Shown here: positions 16,272-26,606 of the stretch, piece by piece | Position numbering within the stretch: position 1 is the stretch's first letter | How the letters are laid out: the number at the start of each line of letters is the position of its first letter | Assembly (NCBI GenBank): GCA_964437555.1 | Contig: CAYTHI010000002.1 | Span: 7,653 to 71,652, forward strand | Direction of reading: 5' to 3' | Length of the DNA: 64,000 nucleotides | From: Candidatus Woesearchaeota archaeon | GTDB taxonomy: Archaea; Nanobdellota; Nanobdellia; Pacearchaeales; GW2011-AR1 | The notes under the pieces: model-generated | Seen by the model: only the letters and a program-made list of their open reading frames with translations | What the model was told of the DNA's origin: nothing | Database searches by the model: none | Made by a program: the position numbers and the translations under genes

Positions 16272-18548
16272 ATGCCAATTCAAAGCTATCCCCCAACAAC
16301 AGATGCAAAGATAACTGTAGAAAAAACTGTAAAGCGAAAGCCTTCAACAGAAGAGCTTACAACAATAGAAAAGCCAGGCAAGCCAATTCCAGCTTCAGAG
16401 ATGGAAGAATTTGAAAAAGAAAAGCCAAAAAAAACAAAAAAAGCAAGAAGGCAAAATAAGCCAAAAACCCAAGAAGCAACAAAAATAAGCCAAAAGCAGG
16501 ATGCAATATTAATAATAACAGAAAAGCCGCAAGCTGCATTGAAAATTGCCTCTGCATTGGGAGATGCAAGAAAATATTCTGAAAATAATGTTCCTTTCTA
16601 TGAATTGGAGAAAAACAATGAGAAAATAATTGTCGCTTCTGCAGTGGGGCATTTGTTTAATCTTACATATGTGAAAGGCCAGACAGGCTGGCCTATCTTC
16701 AAGACAGAATGGGTCCCATCCTATACTCAAAAAGCTTCCTATACAAAAAATTACTATGATTTAATAAAAAAATTATCAAGAAGGGCAAAAGAAATAATCG
16801 TTTCTACTGATTATGACATAGAAGGAGAAGTAATAGGGTGGAACGTCCTTAGATTTATCTGCAGCAAAGAAGACGCAAAAAGGATGAAATACTCTACATT
16901 AACAAAGCCTGAATTAATAAAATCATATGAAAATGCAATGCCTCATCTGGATTGGGGGCAGGCGTATGCAGGTGAAACAAGGCATGAAATAGACTGGCTT
17001 TACGGAATTAACCTATCAAGGGCATTAATGTCTGCAATAAAAACTACAGGCGGCTTCAAGATACTTTCAATAGGCCGTGTTCAGGGCCCTGCATTAAAAA
17101 TAATAGTGGACAGGGAAAAAGAAATATCAAGCTTCAAATCCAAAGTGTATTGGCAGGTTTTTGCCATTATAGGAAAAAATGAGTTTAAGCATCCCAAAGA
17201 TATTTTTGAAAAGACAGAACTTGAGCAATTTAAAGATATAAAAGAAGCTGACGCAGAAACAAAAGCATCCGAAGAAAATCTGCAGCCTCCGCATCCGTTT
17301 GATTTAACAGCACTGCAAAGAGAAGCATATCGCCTTCATAACTTAAGCCCTTCAAAAACTCTTCAGATAGCGCAGGCATTATACTTAGACGGAGTTATTT
17401 CGTATCCCAGAACTTCCTCGCAAAAAATACCAGAGCAGATAGAGCCAAAAAATATCCTTGAAAAATTAGCTAAGAAATATCCCCAGACAAAATATGCCGT
17501 GAGAAGCAAGCCGGTTGAAGGCGGGAAATCAGACCCTGCTCACCCTTCAATATACCCAACAGGCGAATTTAACAATTCATTAAAAGAAGATGAAAAAGAG
17601 CTATATGAATTAATAGTAAAAAGATTCATAGCCTGCTTTTGCGAGGATGCAATAACAGCAAATAAAAGGATAAAGCTGGCATCATTAAAAGACCCTAAAA
17701 AAACATTTACAGCTTCTGCCCTGACAATAAAAGAAAAAGGCTGGCTGAATGTTTACCCAACAGAATTGCAGGAAAGCTCTTTGCCTGACTTATCAGGAAG
17801 AGTAAAAATAGACAAAATCAGGATTGATGAAAAGCTTACACAGCCTCCGAAAAGATACACGCCTGCTTCTTTAGTCTCCTTACTGGAAAAAAAGAATCTC
17901 GGCACAAAAACAACAAGAAGCATGATTGTAGATACTTTATTTGACCGCGGATATTTAGACGGAAAAAGCATTCAGGCAACTCCTCTTGGTTTAAAACTTA
18001 TTGAAACCCTGGAAAAATATTCTCCGATAATTATTGACGAAAACCTCACAAGAGAATTAGAGGAAAAAATGGAAGAAATTCAGAATTCAAAAGCTGGTTT
18101 TCAGGAAAAGAAAGATAAAGTCATCCATAATGTTGAAAGATTAATCACAGACATCTCAAAAGAATTCAGAATTAATGAAAGAAACATCGGGCAGGATTTA
18201 TTGCAGGGCACACAAGAGTTAAGAGAACAGCAGAAAGAAAACAGCATAATAATGCCCTGCCCTGTCTGCAAAAAAGGGCATTTAGCGATAAAATACTCAA
18301 AAAAGAACAGAAGGCAGTTTGTTGCCTGTGATAATTACCCTGAATGCAAAACAACTTTCTCTCTGCCCCCCGGCGGATTTGTAAAAAAAACAGACAAAGT
18401 TTCAGAAAAAGGCCTGCCAATATTAATTTTATTAAAAAGAGGCAGGCGTCCGTGGGAATTTCCATTCAATCCAAACTGGAAAGCCGAGCAGCAAAAAGAA
18501 CAGCAGGAACATCAAGAACAGAAACCCCAAAAAGATAGCGAAGAATAA
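16272..18548 (+). CDS. topA: DNA topoisomerase I (type IA)
   Basis: ITEKP TOPRIM, TDYDIEGE, SIGRVQ, ISYPRT catalytic Tyr, C-terminal Zn ribbon. Confidence 0.95.
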   Translation: MPIQSYPPTTDAKITVEKTVKRKPSTEELTTIEKPGKPIPASEMEEFEKEKPKKTKKARRQNKPKTQEATKISQKQDAILIITEKPQAALKIASALGDARKYSENNVPFYELEKNNEKIIVASAVGHLFNLTYVKGQTGWPIFKTEWVPSYTQKASYTKNYYDLIKKLSRRAKEIIVSTDYDIEGEVIGWNVLRFICSKEDAKRMKYSTLTKPELIKSYENAMPHLDWGQAYAGETRHEIDWLYGINLSRALMSAIKTTGGFKILSIGRVQGPALKIIVDREKEISSFKSKVYWQVFAIIGKNEFKHPKDIFEKTELEQFKDIKEADAETKASEENLQPPHPFDLTALQREAYRLHNLSPSKTLQIAQALYLDGVISYPRTSSQKIPEQIEPKNILEKLAKKYPQTKYAVRSKPVEGGKSDPAHPSIYPTGEFNNSLKEDEKELYELIVKRFIACFCEDAITANKRIKLASLKDPKKTFTASALTIKEKGWLNVYPTELQESSLPDLSGRVKIDKIRIDEKLTQPPKRYTPASLVSLLEKKNLGTKTTRSMIVDTLFDRGYLDGKSIQATPLGLKLIETLEKYSPIIIDENLTRELEEKMEEIQNSKAGFQEKKDKVIHNVERLITDISKEFRINERNIGQDLLQGTQELREQQKENSIIMPCPVCKKGHLAIKYSKKNRRQFVACDNYPECKTTFSLPPGGFVKKTDKVSEKGLPILILLKRGRRPWEFPFNPNWKAEQQKEQQEHQEQKPQKDSEE

Positions 18549-18630
18549 AAATAAGGTAATTAACAAATGTTTTAAAAATTTATTAGAGGATAAATACTAT
18601 AGAAGAAAAATATATTTAGCTATAACTTAA

Positions 18631-19569
18631 TCACTGCCTGTCAACAAAGAAATTCACAGAATCTTCCTTCCACTCATCATAAAGCGTGCACTGGACTTCC
18701 AGATTATAGAAATCAGGAAACATAGTGTGCTGCAAATTATTGATAACGCCGGAGTGCTGCCTTCCTACTTCCTGGTCAATTGCATCCCAGGGAATGCAAT
18801 CCTCGCGAGTAATATGAGTGCCGTCAACAATTATTCTGCAATATCTATAAACACAAGTGGTATCTTCATTCGTAGTCACTTCTATTGGTGTATGGTCTAA
18901 GAAAACTATTTCATCATCCAGCGGAGCAGTTATTTTTATGTCTATATTGGCATTTTCAGTCTGAAAGCAATATAAATGGGCTCCATTATAATATGCTTGG
19001 TCGCATGCCTGCGATGTAAATTCTGTCCATTTCTTATCATTTGCTGTCAGATCCCCCAAGCCGGCATAATAATTTTCCGCATTATTAATATCCAGTCCTT
19101 GCCAATTATTGCACATCCTTCCTCTCCATTTCTGCCCATTGCTCTTTGTTCCTGTATAAACAAAGCCCCCACTAATGCCTCTGCTAAACTCATCAATAAG
19201 CAGACTTGCTCTTAAATGCCCGTCCACTAAATCTGCTTTATTATCTGCAATGGATATTCCATCAATTCTAATATATCTTCCTTCCGGAATCCTGTCTGCG
19301 GCATTATACTCATCTGTGCTTAGCCATGCAGCAAATGTTCCTGGAAGGTATGCAGCATCGGCAGCTTCCTGGCATAATTCATCTGCCGTTGGAGTTTCCA
19401 ATAAATTAGGATTATAAAATTTAAGGCTCGTAACAAAAACTAAAACATCCTCCGCGTAAGTAGGGCTGTTTTGCACATCTTTGGCAACAGAGATTGAAGA
19501 AACATTAAGGGCAAAAGCAATACCGATAAAAAATATTGCCGAAAAAACACCAATAATTGCGGGTTTCAT
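18631..19569 (-). CDS. secreted DUF1554/endostatin-like C-type-lectin-fold protein with C-terminal Ig-like domain
   Basis: Signal peptide; VFVTS, ADELCQ..A, FAAWLST, YTGT..NG, CNNW, HLYCFQ. Confidence 0.7.
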   Translation of the reverse strand: MKPAIIGVFSAIFFIGIAFALNVSSISVAKDVQNSPTYAEDVLVFVTSLKFYNPNLLETPTADELCQEAADAAYLPGTFAAWLSTDEYNAADRIPEGRYIRIDGISIADNKADLVDGHLRASLLIDEFSRGISGGFVYTGTKSNGQKWRGRMCNNWQGLDINNAENYYAGLGDLTANDKKWTEFTSQACDQAYYNGAHLYCFQTENANIDIKITAPLDDEIVFLDHTPIEVTTNEDTTCVYRYCRIIVDGTHITREDCIPWDAIDQEVGRQHSGVINNLQHTMFPDFYNLEVQCTLYDEWKEDSVNFFVDRQ

Positions 19570-19622
19570 TTAAGATTTTATTTTCATGGAAACTATTTAA
19601 GCATTTATGTATAAAAACATTA

Positions 19623-19841
19623 TTATGCAACTAAATCCAAATCACTTGACTCAAGACCACTCAATTTTCCCTTTCCGTCGTAAACTAAATACCTCTGCAT
19701 AGGATTGTAGCCATCATTTCTTTGTCCATCAGCATATCTCCTTCCGCTATCAGAAGCAGCAACTGGTTCAACCGCTCTAACAAATGCTGGGTGTTCTGTC
19801 CTTGCAAAAGAATCAGACTGAATGTGGGCTCCGTACATCAT
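19623..19841 (-). CDS. hypothetical small protein
   Basis: 72-aa ORF directly downstream of rpl15e in the same orientation. Confidence 0.45.
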   Translation of the reverse strand: MMYGAHIQSDSFARTEHPAFVRAVEPVAASDSGRRYADGQRNDGYNPMQRYLVYDGKGKLSGLESSDLDLVA

Positions 19842-19842
19842 T

Positions 19843-20427
19843 TTATTTTCCCTTCCTGTTCCAAGCTCTCAACGACGGCCTGACTTTCAAATTGGAGCTC
19901 TTTCCCTTATTGCTGGTCAATCCTCTGGATTTCTTAGCCGCGCTTGTCAATCCTCTTTCAGCCCTCTTCCTGTTTTTATCAGAAGAAATCCATTTGTAAA
20001 CAGGATCGTTTTTAATCTCTGGCTTGCCAGGATCAACCATTATAACTTCATAAAAATAATATTTCCCGTCTTTAGCAAGCAAATATGAATTTAACACTTC
20101 CAGATTCTTAAATTTCTTTGCAGCCCTTATCTCTGCAACCCATTGATAGCTCATCTTTAATGTTTTTCTGACCGTCTGCTTTCTTGTCTTTCTTCCTTTA
20201 ACTCCCTGCCTTTCTCTCTTTCTCCCGCCTCTCTTAACTCTTGAGCGGACAACAACAAATCCTGTTTTATCTTTATAGCCAACGGACCTTGCCCTGTCAA
20301 TTCTCAATGGCTTTTCAGTAACAACTAAAGAGTTTCCTGCTCTCCATGCAATTAATCTGTCTTTTAGCATTTCTCTTGAAGGCTTTCTCCAAGCCTGCTT
20401 CATATAAGAATACATTCCCTTAGCCAT
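19843..20427 (-). CDS. rpl15e: 50S ribosomal protein L15e
   Basis: IDRARSVGYK.K.G, RVKRGGRKR, LEVLNSY, YYFYEVIMVDP, RGLTSA. Confidence 0.97.
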   Translation of the reverse strand: MAKGMYSYMKQAWRKPSREMLKDRLIAWRAGNSLVVTEKPLRIDRARSVGYKDKTGFVVVRSRVKRGGRKRERQGVKGRKTRKQTVRKTLKMSYQWVAEIRAAKKFKNLEVLNSYLLAKDGKYYFYEVIMVDPGKPEIKNDPVYKWISSDKNRKRAERGLTSAAKKSRGLTSNKGKSSNLKVRPSLRAWNRKGK

Positions 20428-20532
20428 TCAATCAATTCAGAAAACAGCTTTTTAAAACTTGCTGTTATGCTTTTCTCCAGAATAAAAGAAAAAACAACAA
20501 TTTTATAAACGAAGAAATAAAGATTAACTTGT

Positions 20533-20619
20533 GATCCCGTAGCTCAGCCTGGTTAGAGCACTGCTCTGATAAGCCTATCAGAAAGGCAGGGGTCCCAAGT
20601 TCAAATCTTGGCGGGATCA
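20533..20619 (+). tRNA. tRNA-Ile(GAT) with 12-nt intron at 37/38 (20572-20583)
   Basis: GATCCCG/CGGGATC acceptor, CTGCT/GGCAG anticodon stem, TTCAAAT T-loop, CTGA/TCAG splice helix. Confidence 0.93.
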
Positions 20620-20654
20620 TTCATAAAAGAGCATACTTAAACAAAGAGAGCAAA

Positions 20655-21191
20655 GTGAAAATAATAATCAAAAATAGCAAGAGTTTAACGAAAAAAGATA
20701 CGCAGATTATGAACGAAAAAAGAGTAAAAGAATTTGGAAAAGAAGAGGTCAAGAATTTTAAGAAAGATTATCCATTGAGCTCAAATTACCTTTTTGTAAA
20801 GGATAAATCTGAGATTGTTGCTTTTGGAATAATAAGACCAATAAAAATTAGCTATCTTGGAAAAACATATAATATTTTAGGATTGTGCAGTATAATATCC
20901 ATAGAAAAAGGCAAGGGCTATGGAAAAATTTTAGTTAATGCTATGATTAATATCGTAAAAAAGAAGAAAAAAAGCGCATTAGGATTTACTCTAAAAACAA
21001 AAATATTTGAAAAGATGGGCTTGAAATCCAAAAAAGGACTTATAAGAAAATTCAGATACAAAAATCCAAAAACAGGAAAAGTAGAAATAGATAACGAAGG
21101 AGACGGCATCTATATCAATGGCAAGGATAATCTCATAAATAAAATTCTGTCAACCAAATCAATAGTTTACATCGAAATACCTTTTTGGTAA
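20655..21191 (+). CDS. GNAT family acetyltransferase
   Basis: KGKGYGKILV acetyl-CoA-binding motif. Confidence 0.75.
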   Translation: MKIIIKNSKSLTKKDTQIMNEKRVKEFGKEEVKNFKKDYPLSSNYLFVKDKSEIVAFGIIRPIKISYLGKTYNILGLCSIISIEKGKGYGKILVNAMINIVKKKKKSALGFTLKTKIFEKMGLKSKKGLIRKFRYKNPKTGKVEIDNEGDGIYINGKDNLINKILSTKSIVYIEIPFW

Positions 21192-21210
21192 AAAAAGCTA
21201 ATAGAAAAAA

Positions 21211-21846
21211 TCACTGCAAGCCAAACTCAACAACCAAGCCAGTATTATTTATGGCATATCCCTTTAAAGGTAAATTAACAGGAAGATTATTAACATAAAC
21301 CTTCTTTTTTCCTATTGCCTTGACTTCATATCCTGATTCAACTTTAGAAACAAAAACATCCTGCACACTTTCAATTCCGGGCGCTTCTAATTCATAAATA
21401 ATCTTATCACTCAATCTCCTGACAGAACTTTTGGCTTCTATTCTTGGCAAGCCTGACATTTTCTTAACCTGCTCTGCAGTAATACTAACTTTGTTGCTTT
21501 GCCTCTTTTTTGGCTCTTGTTTCGGAATCCCAAAATGAATCCTTATGCCATTAGGCAAAGTCTCAACACTTGATTCTTCCGCATTCTCTTTAAAGGCAGA
21601 TTTCATCTCCCTATCCAATGCCTTGAATAACCCATTCATTAAAGAGCCTATCATCTTATCTGTAAAACCCATATTTCCTCCTCCGATTAATGGCAATCCC
21701 TCAACATTATTATTTTTTCCAAGCAGGCCATAGTCTCTCATTTCTTTCTCAGGGTTTCTCAAATCACACCCGCAAAAAGGGCAAAAGTCATAGCTGTCTT
21801 TAATCTTCTCATCACACTTAGGACACGCTTTCTTCTTACCGAACAT
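21211..21846 (-). CDS. zinc-ribbon protein with Hsp20-like C-terminal domain
   Basis: CPKC..CPFCG; IIYELEAPGI...YEVKA alpha-crystallin-like pattern. Confidence 0.7.
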   Translation of the reverse strand: MFGKKKACPKCDEKIKDSYDFCPFCGCDLRNPEKEMRDYGLLGKNNNVEGLPLIGGGNMGFTDKMIGSLMNGLFKALDREMKSAFKENAEESSVETLPNGIRIHFGIPKQEPKKRQSNKVSITAEQVKKMSGLPRIEAKSSVRRLSDKIIYELEAPGIESVQDVFVSKVESGYEVKAIGKKKVYVNNLPVNLPLKGYAINNTGLVVEFGLQ

Positions 21847-21889
21847 GATTAATCTAAAAAGACCAAACTTTTAAATCTTTGGGAAGATT

Positions 21890-23284
21890 TTATTTCTCCC
21901 TTATGAGCTTCTTAAACCATACAACATCAGAATGCACCATTCTGAAAGGATGATGGAAATCAACATTTAATCCCTTAATTCTCTCTGTTTTTCTTACTTC
22001 CTCAAGGCGAGGCAGGAAAGAAAATACAACTATAAAGCGCAAAACCGCTGCAAGAGCAAAAACAAACAAAGTAGAGCTCATAAAAGTTATAGGCAGATAA
22101 TCTATCATCAGTCCTCCAAGAATAGAGCCTGCAAACACACCAATCCCGTTTAGCACGCTTGAATAAGCAACAATAATTCCTCTTTTCTGCTGAGAAACGC
22201 CATCATAAATATAATTAGTTGAGCCAATCGTAAAAGCCGCATTGGCTGCTCCTGAAATAAATCCCGGGATAAGAATAAGAAAAACAGGGTCTTTAAGAAA
22301 CATCCAAAACAATGGCGTTAGAGGAAAAGCAAACCCTGCGATGTAAAGCAGCTTAAGATTTCCATACTTATCAGAAAGTTTCCCGGCCAAAGGAGTCAGA
22401 ATTAAATAAAATACAGTTGTGCTCAAAGTTACAATAGTGAAAGTAAGAAGATTAAAATTTAAATCCTTGAGCATGTAGGTTGCAAAAAATGGAGAAGCAA
22501 CCATGATAGAAAAATTAAACAGCGCTTGGAAAACTGCAAATTTCCCTATTGTATCATATCTCTTCAAAAAAGCAATCATTGAAAATTTATCTTTTTTATG
22601 CAGTTTGAGCTGCGGAGAAAAGACCGTTCTTAGCTGATGAAAAGAAACAATTCTCAGAACGAGCGCAACACCGAACAAAATGATATAACCAACAAGCACA
22701 TCTCCGCCTTTCTCAAAAAACCTCAAAACCAAGCCTCCGGCTAAAAATGCACCAAGCCCAAAAATACCAGTTATTCTATTGCGCCTTGCAAAATAATGGC
22801 CCCTGTCCTCTGATGAAACAACATCGCCTATCCAGGAAAAAAATGGGGGTGATTTTACTCCGCTGAAAAAAACAAACAAGGAGTAAACAACAATCAAAAC
22901 ATAAGGCAGAACAGGAACATATAAATTATTCCAAAACAAATAAATGAGTAGAAACATAGGAACCAGCATCACTGATTCCAATAAAGTATAGCGAAGAAGT
23001 ATTTTCTTCCTGGAATGCTTTTCCATCAACTTGCTTCCCAACAAGCTTCCTAAGGGAGAGAGCAAGCCCGAAAATGCGCTTAGAAATCCAATTTGGGAAG
23101 TTGTCGCCTTAAGGGTTTGTGCAAAAGGCACAATAAATGAAGAGCTTAAGTTTGATGAAGCGTCGCTTACAACTCCATGCGAAATAAATCTCTTCCGGGC
23201 ATGCTCTTCAAAATGAATCACGTACGGAGACTGATTCACAATCATCTCTTTTCCTTTAGCCATGCCAAAAGAAAGAAAAGGCAA
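21890..23284 (-). CDS. MFS transporter
   Basis: About 12 TM segments; G.LSDKYG motif. Confidence 0.9.
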   Translation of the reverse strand: MPFLSFGMAKGKEMIVNQSPYVIHFEEHARKRFISHGVVSDASSNLSSSFIVPFAQTLKATTSQIGFLSAFSGLLSPLGSLLGSKLMEKHSRKKILLRYTLLESVMLVPMFLLIYLFWNNLYVPVLPYVLIVVYSLFVFFSGVKSPPFFSWIGDVVSSEDRGHYFARRNRITGIFGLGAFLAGGLVLRFFEKGGDVLVGYIILFGVALVLRIVSFHQLRTVFSPQLKLHKKDKFSMIAFLKRYDTIGKFAVFQALFNFSIMVASPFFATYMLKDLNFNLLTFTIVTLSTTVFYLILTPLAGKLSDKYGNLKLLYIAGFAFPLTPLFWMFLKDPVFLILIPGFISGAANAAFTIGSTNYIYDGVSQQKRGIIVAYSSVLNGIGVFAGSILGGLMIDYLPITFMSSTLFVFALAAVLRFIVVFSFLPRLEEVRKTERIKGLNVDFHHPFRMVHSDVVWFKKLIREK

Positions 23285-23307
23285 TTAATAAATCTTAAGA
23301 ATAGAAA

Positions 23308-23379
23308 TGCGCCGACCGGGAGTCGAACCCGGATCTCAACCTTGGGAAGGTCGAATCATGACCGCTAGACCATCAGCGC
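23308..23379 (-). tRNA. tRNA-Gly(CCC)
   Basis: Reverse complement GCGCTGA...CGACC TT CCC AA GGTTG...GGTTCGACTCC...TCGGCGCA cloverleaf. Confidence 0.95.
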
Positions 23380-23431
23380 TCTATCTTTTGTAAAAGAACA
23401 AGTTTAAAAACTAAATGGCATCAGAAATAAT

Positions 23432-24328
23432 ATGCAAAATATAGAGTTGCGTTATGATCCTATCACTTCAGAAGGAGACTTGACAGAGGAAGAGTTCACA
23501 AGATATCTTGAACAAAGAGGCCTTGGAACATTAGTAGACAAATTAGTTATAGATCCTGTGGAAGAAGCGCTAAAAAGTCTAAAAAGAAATTTAATAGTTT
23601 TAGGCAATATAAGCCTGTCAAGAACCGAAAAGAGAGGAACATCCACATCATGGAAACCCGCGCTTGATGAACTCGCAACTTTTCTTGATATAAGAGCAGA
23701 CGATGCGCGGGCAATGGCAATGAAAGATGTCACGTATGCAGAAGGTGTTGGATATTGTATTAATGTGGCAGAATGGGGAGAACAAATAAAAAAACAAATC
23801 CAGAGCAATACGGCACAAACTATGAGCATAGGTATAGGATGGCCCAAAGCTAGAAAAGAAGATTATCCTGTAAGGCGTCTGGAAATGCCTGTAAGAGATT
23901 TTAGAAAAGTTGATGAAGAAACTGTAAAAATAGCAATCCAAGTCAGGAAATTTAAAGCAAGTTTGGATAAAGAAGTGGTTACTCCATTCAAAGATAAGGT
24001 TAAAGAATGGCATGCCAGACAAACAGGATATGATTCTGAAAAGATACCTAGTGCAGAAGATAGCCCTGTGCCGCGTGCAAGAAAGATTGGAGAAGGCAAA
24101 TACGTGCTTATACAGCTCGTACGCGTAGAAGATTATGATTACCAGAATGTTGTTCAAACATTAAAAGCAGAACAATCACGGCTCGCTGAAGGAGAAACAT
24201 TTTCATGGTATAGAACAACAAGTGTCAGGAATGATATCTTTGTCAACATAAAAACAGTAAGAGACAGGTTACAGGCAATTAAAGAAAATTCAAAAAAGAT
24301 AAAAGCAAGATATGAGATTGTTCCTTAA
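23432..24328 (+). CDS. hypothetical protein
   Basis: 298-aa ORF with TATA-like TTTAAAAA upstream; no motif recognised. Confidence 0.75.
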   Translation: MQNIELRYDPITSEGDLTEEEFTRYLEQRGLGTLVDKLVIDPVEEALKSLKRNLIVLGNISLSRTEKRGTSTSWKPALDELATFLDIRADDARAMAMKDVTYAEGVGYCINVAEWGEQIKKQIQSNTAQTMSIGIGWPKARKEDYPVRRLEMPVRDFRKVDEETVKIAIQVRKFKASLDKEVVTPFKDKVKEWHARQTGYDSEKIPSAEDSPVPRARKIGEGKYVLIQLVRVEDYDYQNVVQTLKAEQSRLAEGETFSWYRTTSVRNDIFVNIKTVRDRLQAIKENSKKIKARYEIVP

Positions 24329-24365
24329 GCATTATATTTTTATACCTTTCTAATCTTCTCTACTT

Positions 24366-25808
24366 ATGAAAAACAAAAAAACATTTTACATAACAACACC
24401 AATTTACTACCCTAATGATGTTCCTCATTTAGGTCATGCATACACAACAATAGCTGCGGATGTGTTAGCAAGATGGAATAAGCTTCTTGGGAAAAAAGTA
24501 TTTTTCCTTACAGGAACCGACGAGCACGGAAAAAAAATAGAGCAGACTGCAAAAAAGGCAGGAAAAAAGCCAAAGGAATTCGCTGATTCCTTAATACCTG
24601 AATTCAAATCTGCCTGGAAAGACTTAAACATTCAATATGACAGATTCATCAGGACAACTGATAAAGACCATGAAGCAATGGTAAGCAAAATATTGCAAAA
24701 AGTATATGGCAACGGAGACATTTATCTGGGAGAGTATGAAGGATATTACTGCACTTCATGCGAAGCATATTATGCAGAGAAAGATTCTCCGGACTTCAAA
24801 TGCCCTATTCACAAAAAACCCCTTGAAAGACTAAAAGAAAAATCATATTTTTTCAGATTATCAAAATATCAGGATTTTCTTCTTAAATTTTACAGGAAGA
24901 ATCCGGAGTTCATACTCCCTGAAAAAAGAAGAATGGAAATAATAAACAGAGTCAGGGAAGGGCTTCATGATTTCAGCATATCAAGAACTTCTTTTGACTG
25001 GGGCATTCCTCTTCCTTTTGATAAAAAGCATTGTTGCTATGTCTGGTTTGATGCTTTGATAAACTATTACACCGCGACACAATCTTCAAAAGGATTAAAT
25101 AAATTCTGGCCGGCAGATTTGCACGTAATAGGAAAAGATATTTTATGGTTTCATGTTGTTTACTGGCCGGCAATGCTTAAATCAGCCTCTCTCGCTCTGC
25201 CAAAATCTGTTTTCGCTCATGGATGGTGGACTGTGAATAGTGAAAAAATAGGAAAGTCTGCAGGAAATGCAATAAAAATTCAGGATTTAATAAATATAGC
25301 GGGAGTTGATTCAGCGCGCTATTTCCTTCTAAGAGAAACTCCTTTTGGAGAAGACGGGGATTTTTCAGAATCCATGCTAATAGAAAGACATAACAATGAA
25401 TTGGCAAACAAACTTGGCAATTTAGTGTCAAGAGTTTCAGCTTTAGCTGAAAAATATGGATTGGAAAAAACAAAATCCTCTATTGATATAAAACCAACAC
25501 TAAGAACTATTGAATCTCATTTCAACAACTACGAATTAGACAAAGCATTAAGTGAAATCTTTGCATTCATAGACAAATGCAACGAATACGTCCAGGAAAA
25601 AAAGCCATGGGAAACAAAGGACAAGAAAGTTTTGTACGAATTATTAAAGGCAATCAAAGATGTAACAATTCTTCTTTCTCCATTCATGCCGGACACATGC
25701 GAAAAAATCGCAAAAACCTTTAACTTCAAAATTGAATTAAAACAATTAGAAAGGCCATTAAAAATCAGCAAGATTAAAAAATCAGATGTTTTATTTAGGA
25801 AAATATGA
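24366..25808 (+). CDS. metG: methionyl-tRNA synthetase, core without C-terminal tRNA-binding domain
   Basis: YITTPIYYPN..PHLGH, GTDEHG, YVWFDAL.NY, GKDI..FH, KIGKS. Confidence 0.95.
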   Translation: MKNKKTFYITTPIYYPNDVPHLGHAYTTIAADVLARWNKLLGKKVFFLTGTDEHGKKIEQTAKKAGKKPKEFADSLIPEFKSAWKDLNIQYDRFIRTTDKDHEAMVSKILQKVYGNGDIYLGEYEGYYCTSCEAYYAEKDSPDFKCPIHKKPLERLKEKSYFFRLSKYQDFLLKFYRKNPEFILPEKRRMEIINRVREGLHDFSISRTSFDWGIPLPFDKKHCCYVWFDALINYYTATQSSKGLNKFWPADLHVIGKDILWFHVVYWPAMLKSASLALPKSVFAHGWWTVNSEKIGKSAGNAIKIQDLINIAGVDSARYFLLRETPFGEDGDFSESMLIERHNNELANKLGNLVSRVSALAEKYGLEKTKSSIDIKPTLRTIESHFNNYELDKALSEIFAFIDKCNEYVQEKKPWETKDKKVLYELLKAIKDVTILLSPFMPDTCEKIAKTFNFKIELKQLERPLKISKIKKSDVLFRKI

Positions 25809-25957
25809 AATCTCAAAATATAATAAAAAAAGGCGAGAAACAACATATTGCTATATGTAAAAAACCAAACGTGGTTAGTCAAGGGTATACAGCGGAAGAA
25901 GCGATAGGCAATCTGAAAGAGGCAGTAAAATTATATATTAAAGAGATGAATCTCTGA
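25805..25957 (+). CDS. HicB-family antitoxin (50 aa, no adjacent HicA)
   Basis: Not in ORF track; MKSQNIIKKGEKQHIAICKKPNVVSQGYTAEEAIGNLKEAVKLYIKEMNL has the SQG.T.EEA..NL.EA..LY signature. Confidence 0.7.
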   Translation: MKSQNIIKKGEKQHIAICKKPNVVSQGYTAEEAIGNLKEAVKLYIKEMNL

Positions 25958-26055
25958 ATTTTCTTTAGCTTTTTCTCGTTAAAAATCAATAAGACTTTTT
26001 CTATTTGAAGTTTCGCAACCGCAAAGTCTAAAAAGGATTAATTAGAAGAGAACAG

Positions 26056-26559
26056 ATGGATGTGGCATATTTAGCACAAATAGCAAGAAGATTTAGAGAA
26101 AATCGTGGTGAAGTGATTAGAAGATTAGTTGAATTCAGAGATGTCCTAGAAAAAATAAGACAAAAATCTTCATATGCTTCTCAGGATATAACAGATGTTC
26201 TTCAGCAGATAGCAGTAGTATGTTTTAACAGTGTTAATCCGGTCAGGTCATTAGCAGCATGTTCCAGAGTGCATAGTGATGCATTAAGCATACCGACATC
26301 CACTTATCTTAGAAGGCAGGATTACAGGTTAGACTTGGTAACCCCTCCATGGATAAAGAGAATAGAAGAATATAATCCAAGAGCAAGAAGCCATGCTGAT
26401 ATAGTTCAGATAGCCACTGAGGGAATCATAACTGGCTCAAATTTAGAAGTGCCTTCATTAATGGGAGCAAGAACTCACGCAACTTCAGGAGCTAATAGTA
26501 CAACAACGCCACATCGTACAGGCCTTAGAAGTGAGCGCGATTTTACTGGATATAATTAA
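26056..26559 (+). CDS. hypothetical protein
   Basis: 167-aa ORF, no motif recognised. Confidence 0.6.
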   Translation: MDVAYLAQIARRFRENRGEVIRRLVEFRDVLEKIRQKSSYASQDITDVLQQIAVVCFNSVNPVRSLAACSRVHSDALSIPTSTYLRRQDYRLDLVTPPWIKRIEEYNPRARSHADIVQIATEGIITGSNLEVPSLMGARTHATSGANSTTTPHRTGLRSERDFTGYN

Positions 26560-26606
26560 ACTCCAAAGGCAATAAGTATTAAAAACTAATTCTGTTTATT
26601 TAAAAT

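Noticed and set aside
18631..19569. DGR target, given its C-type-lectin-like fold
   Set aside because: No NNC-biased variable tract or downstream hairpin seen
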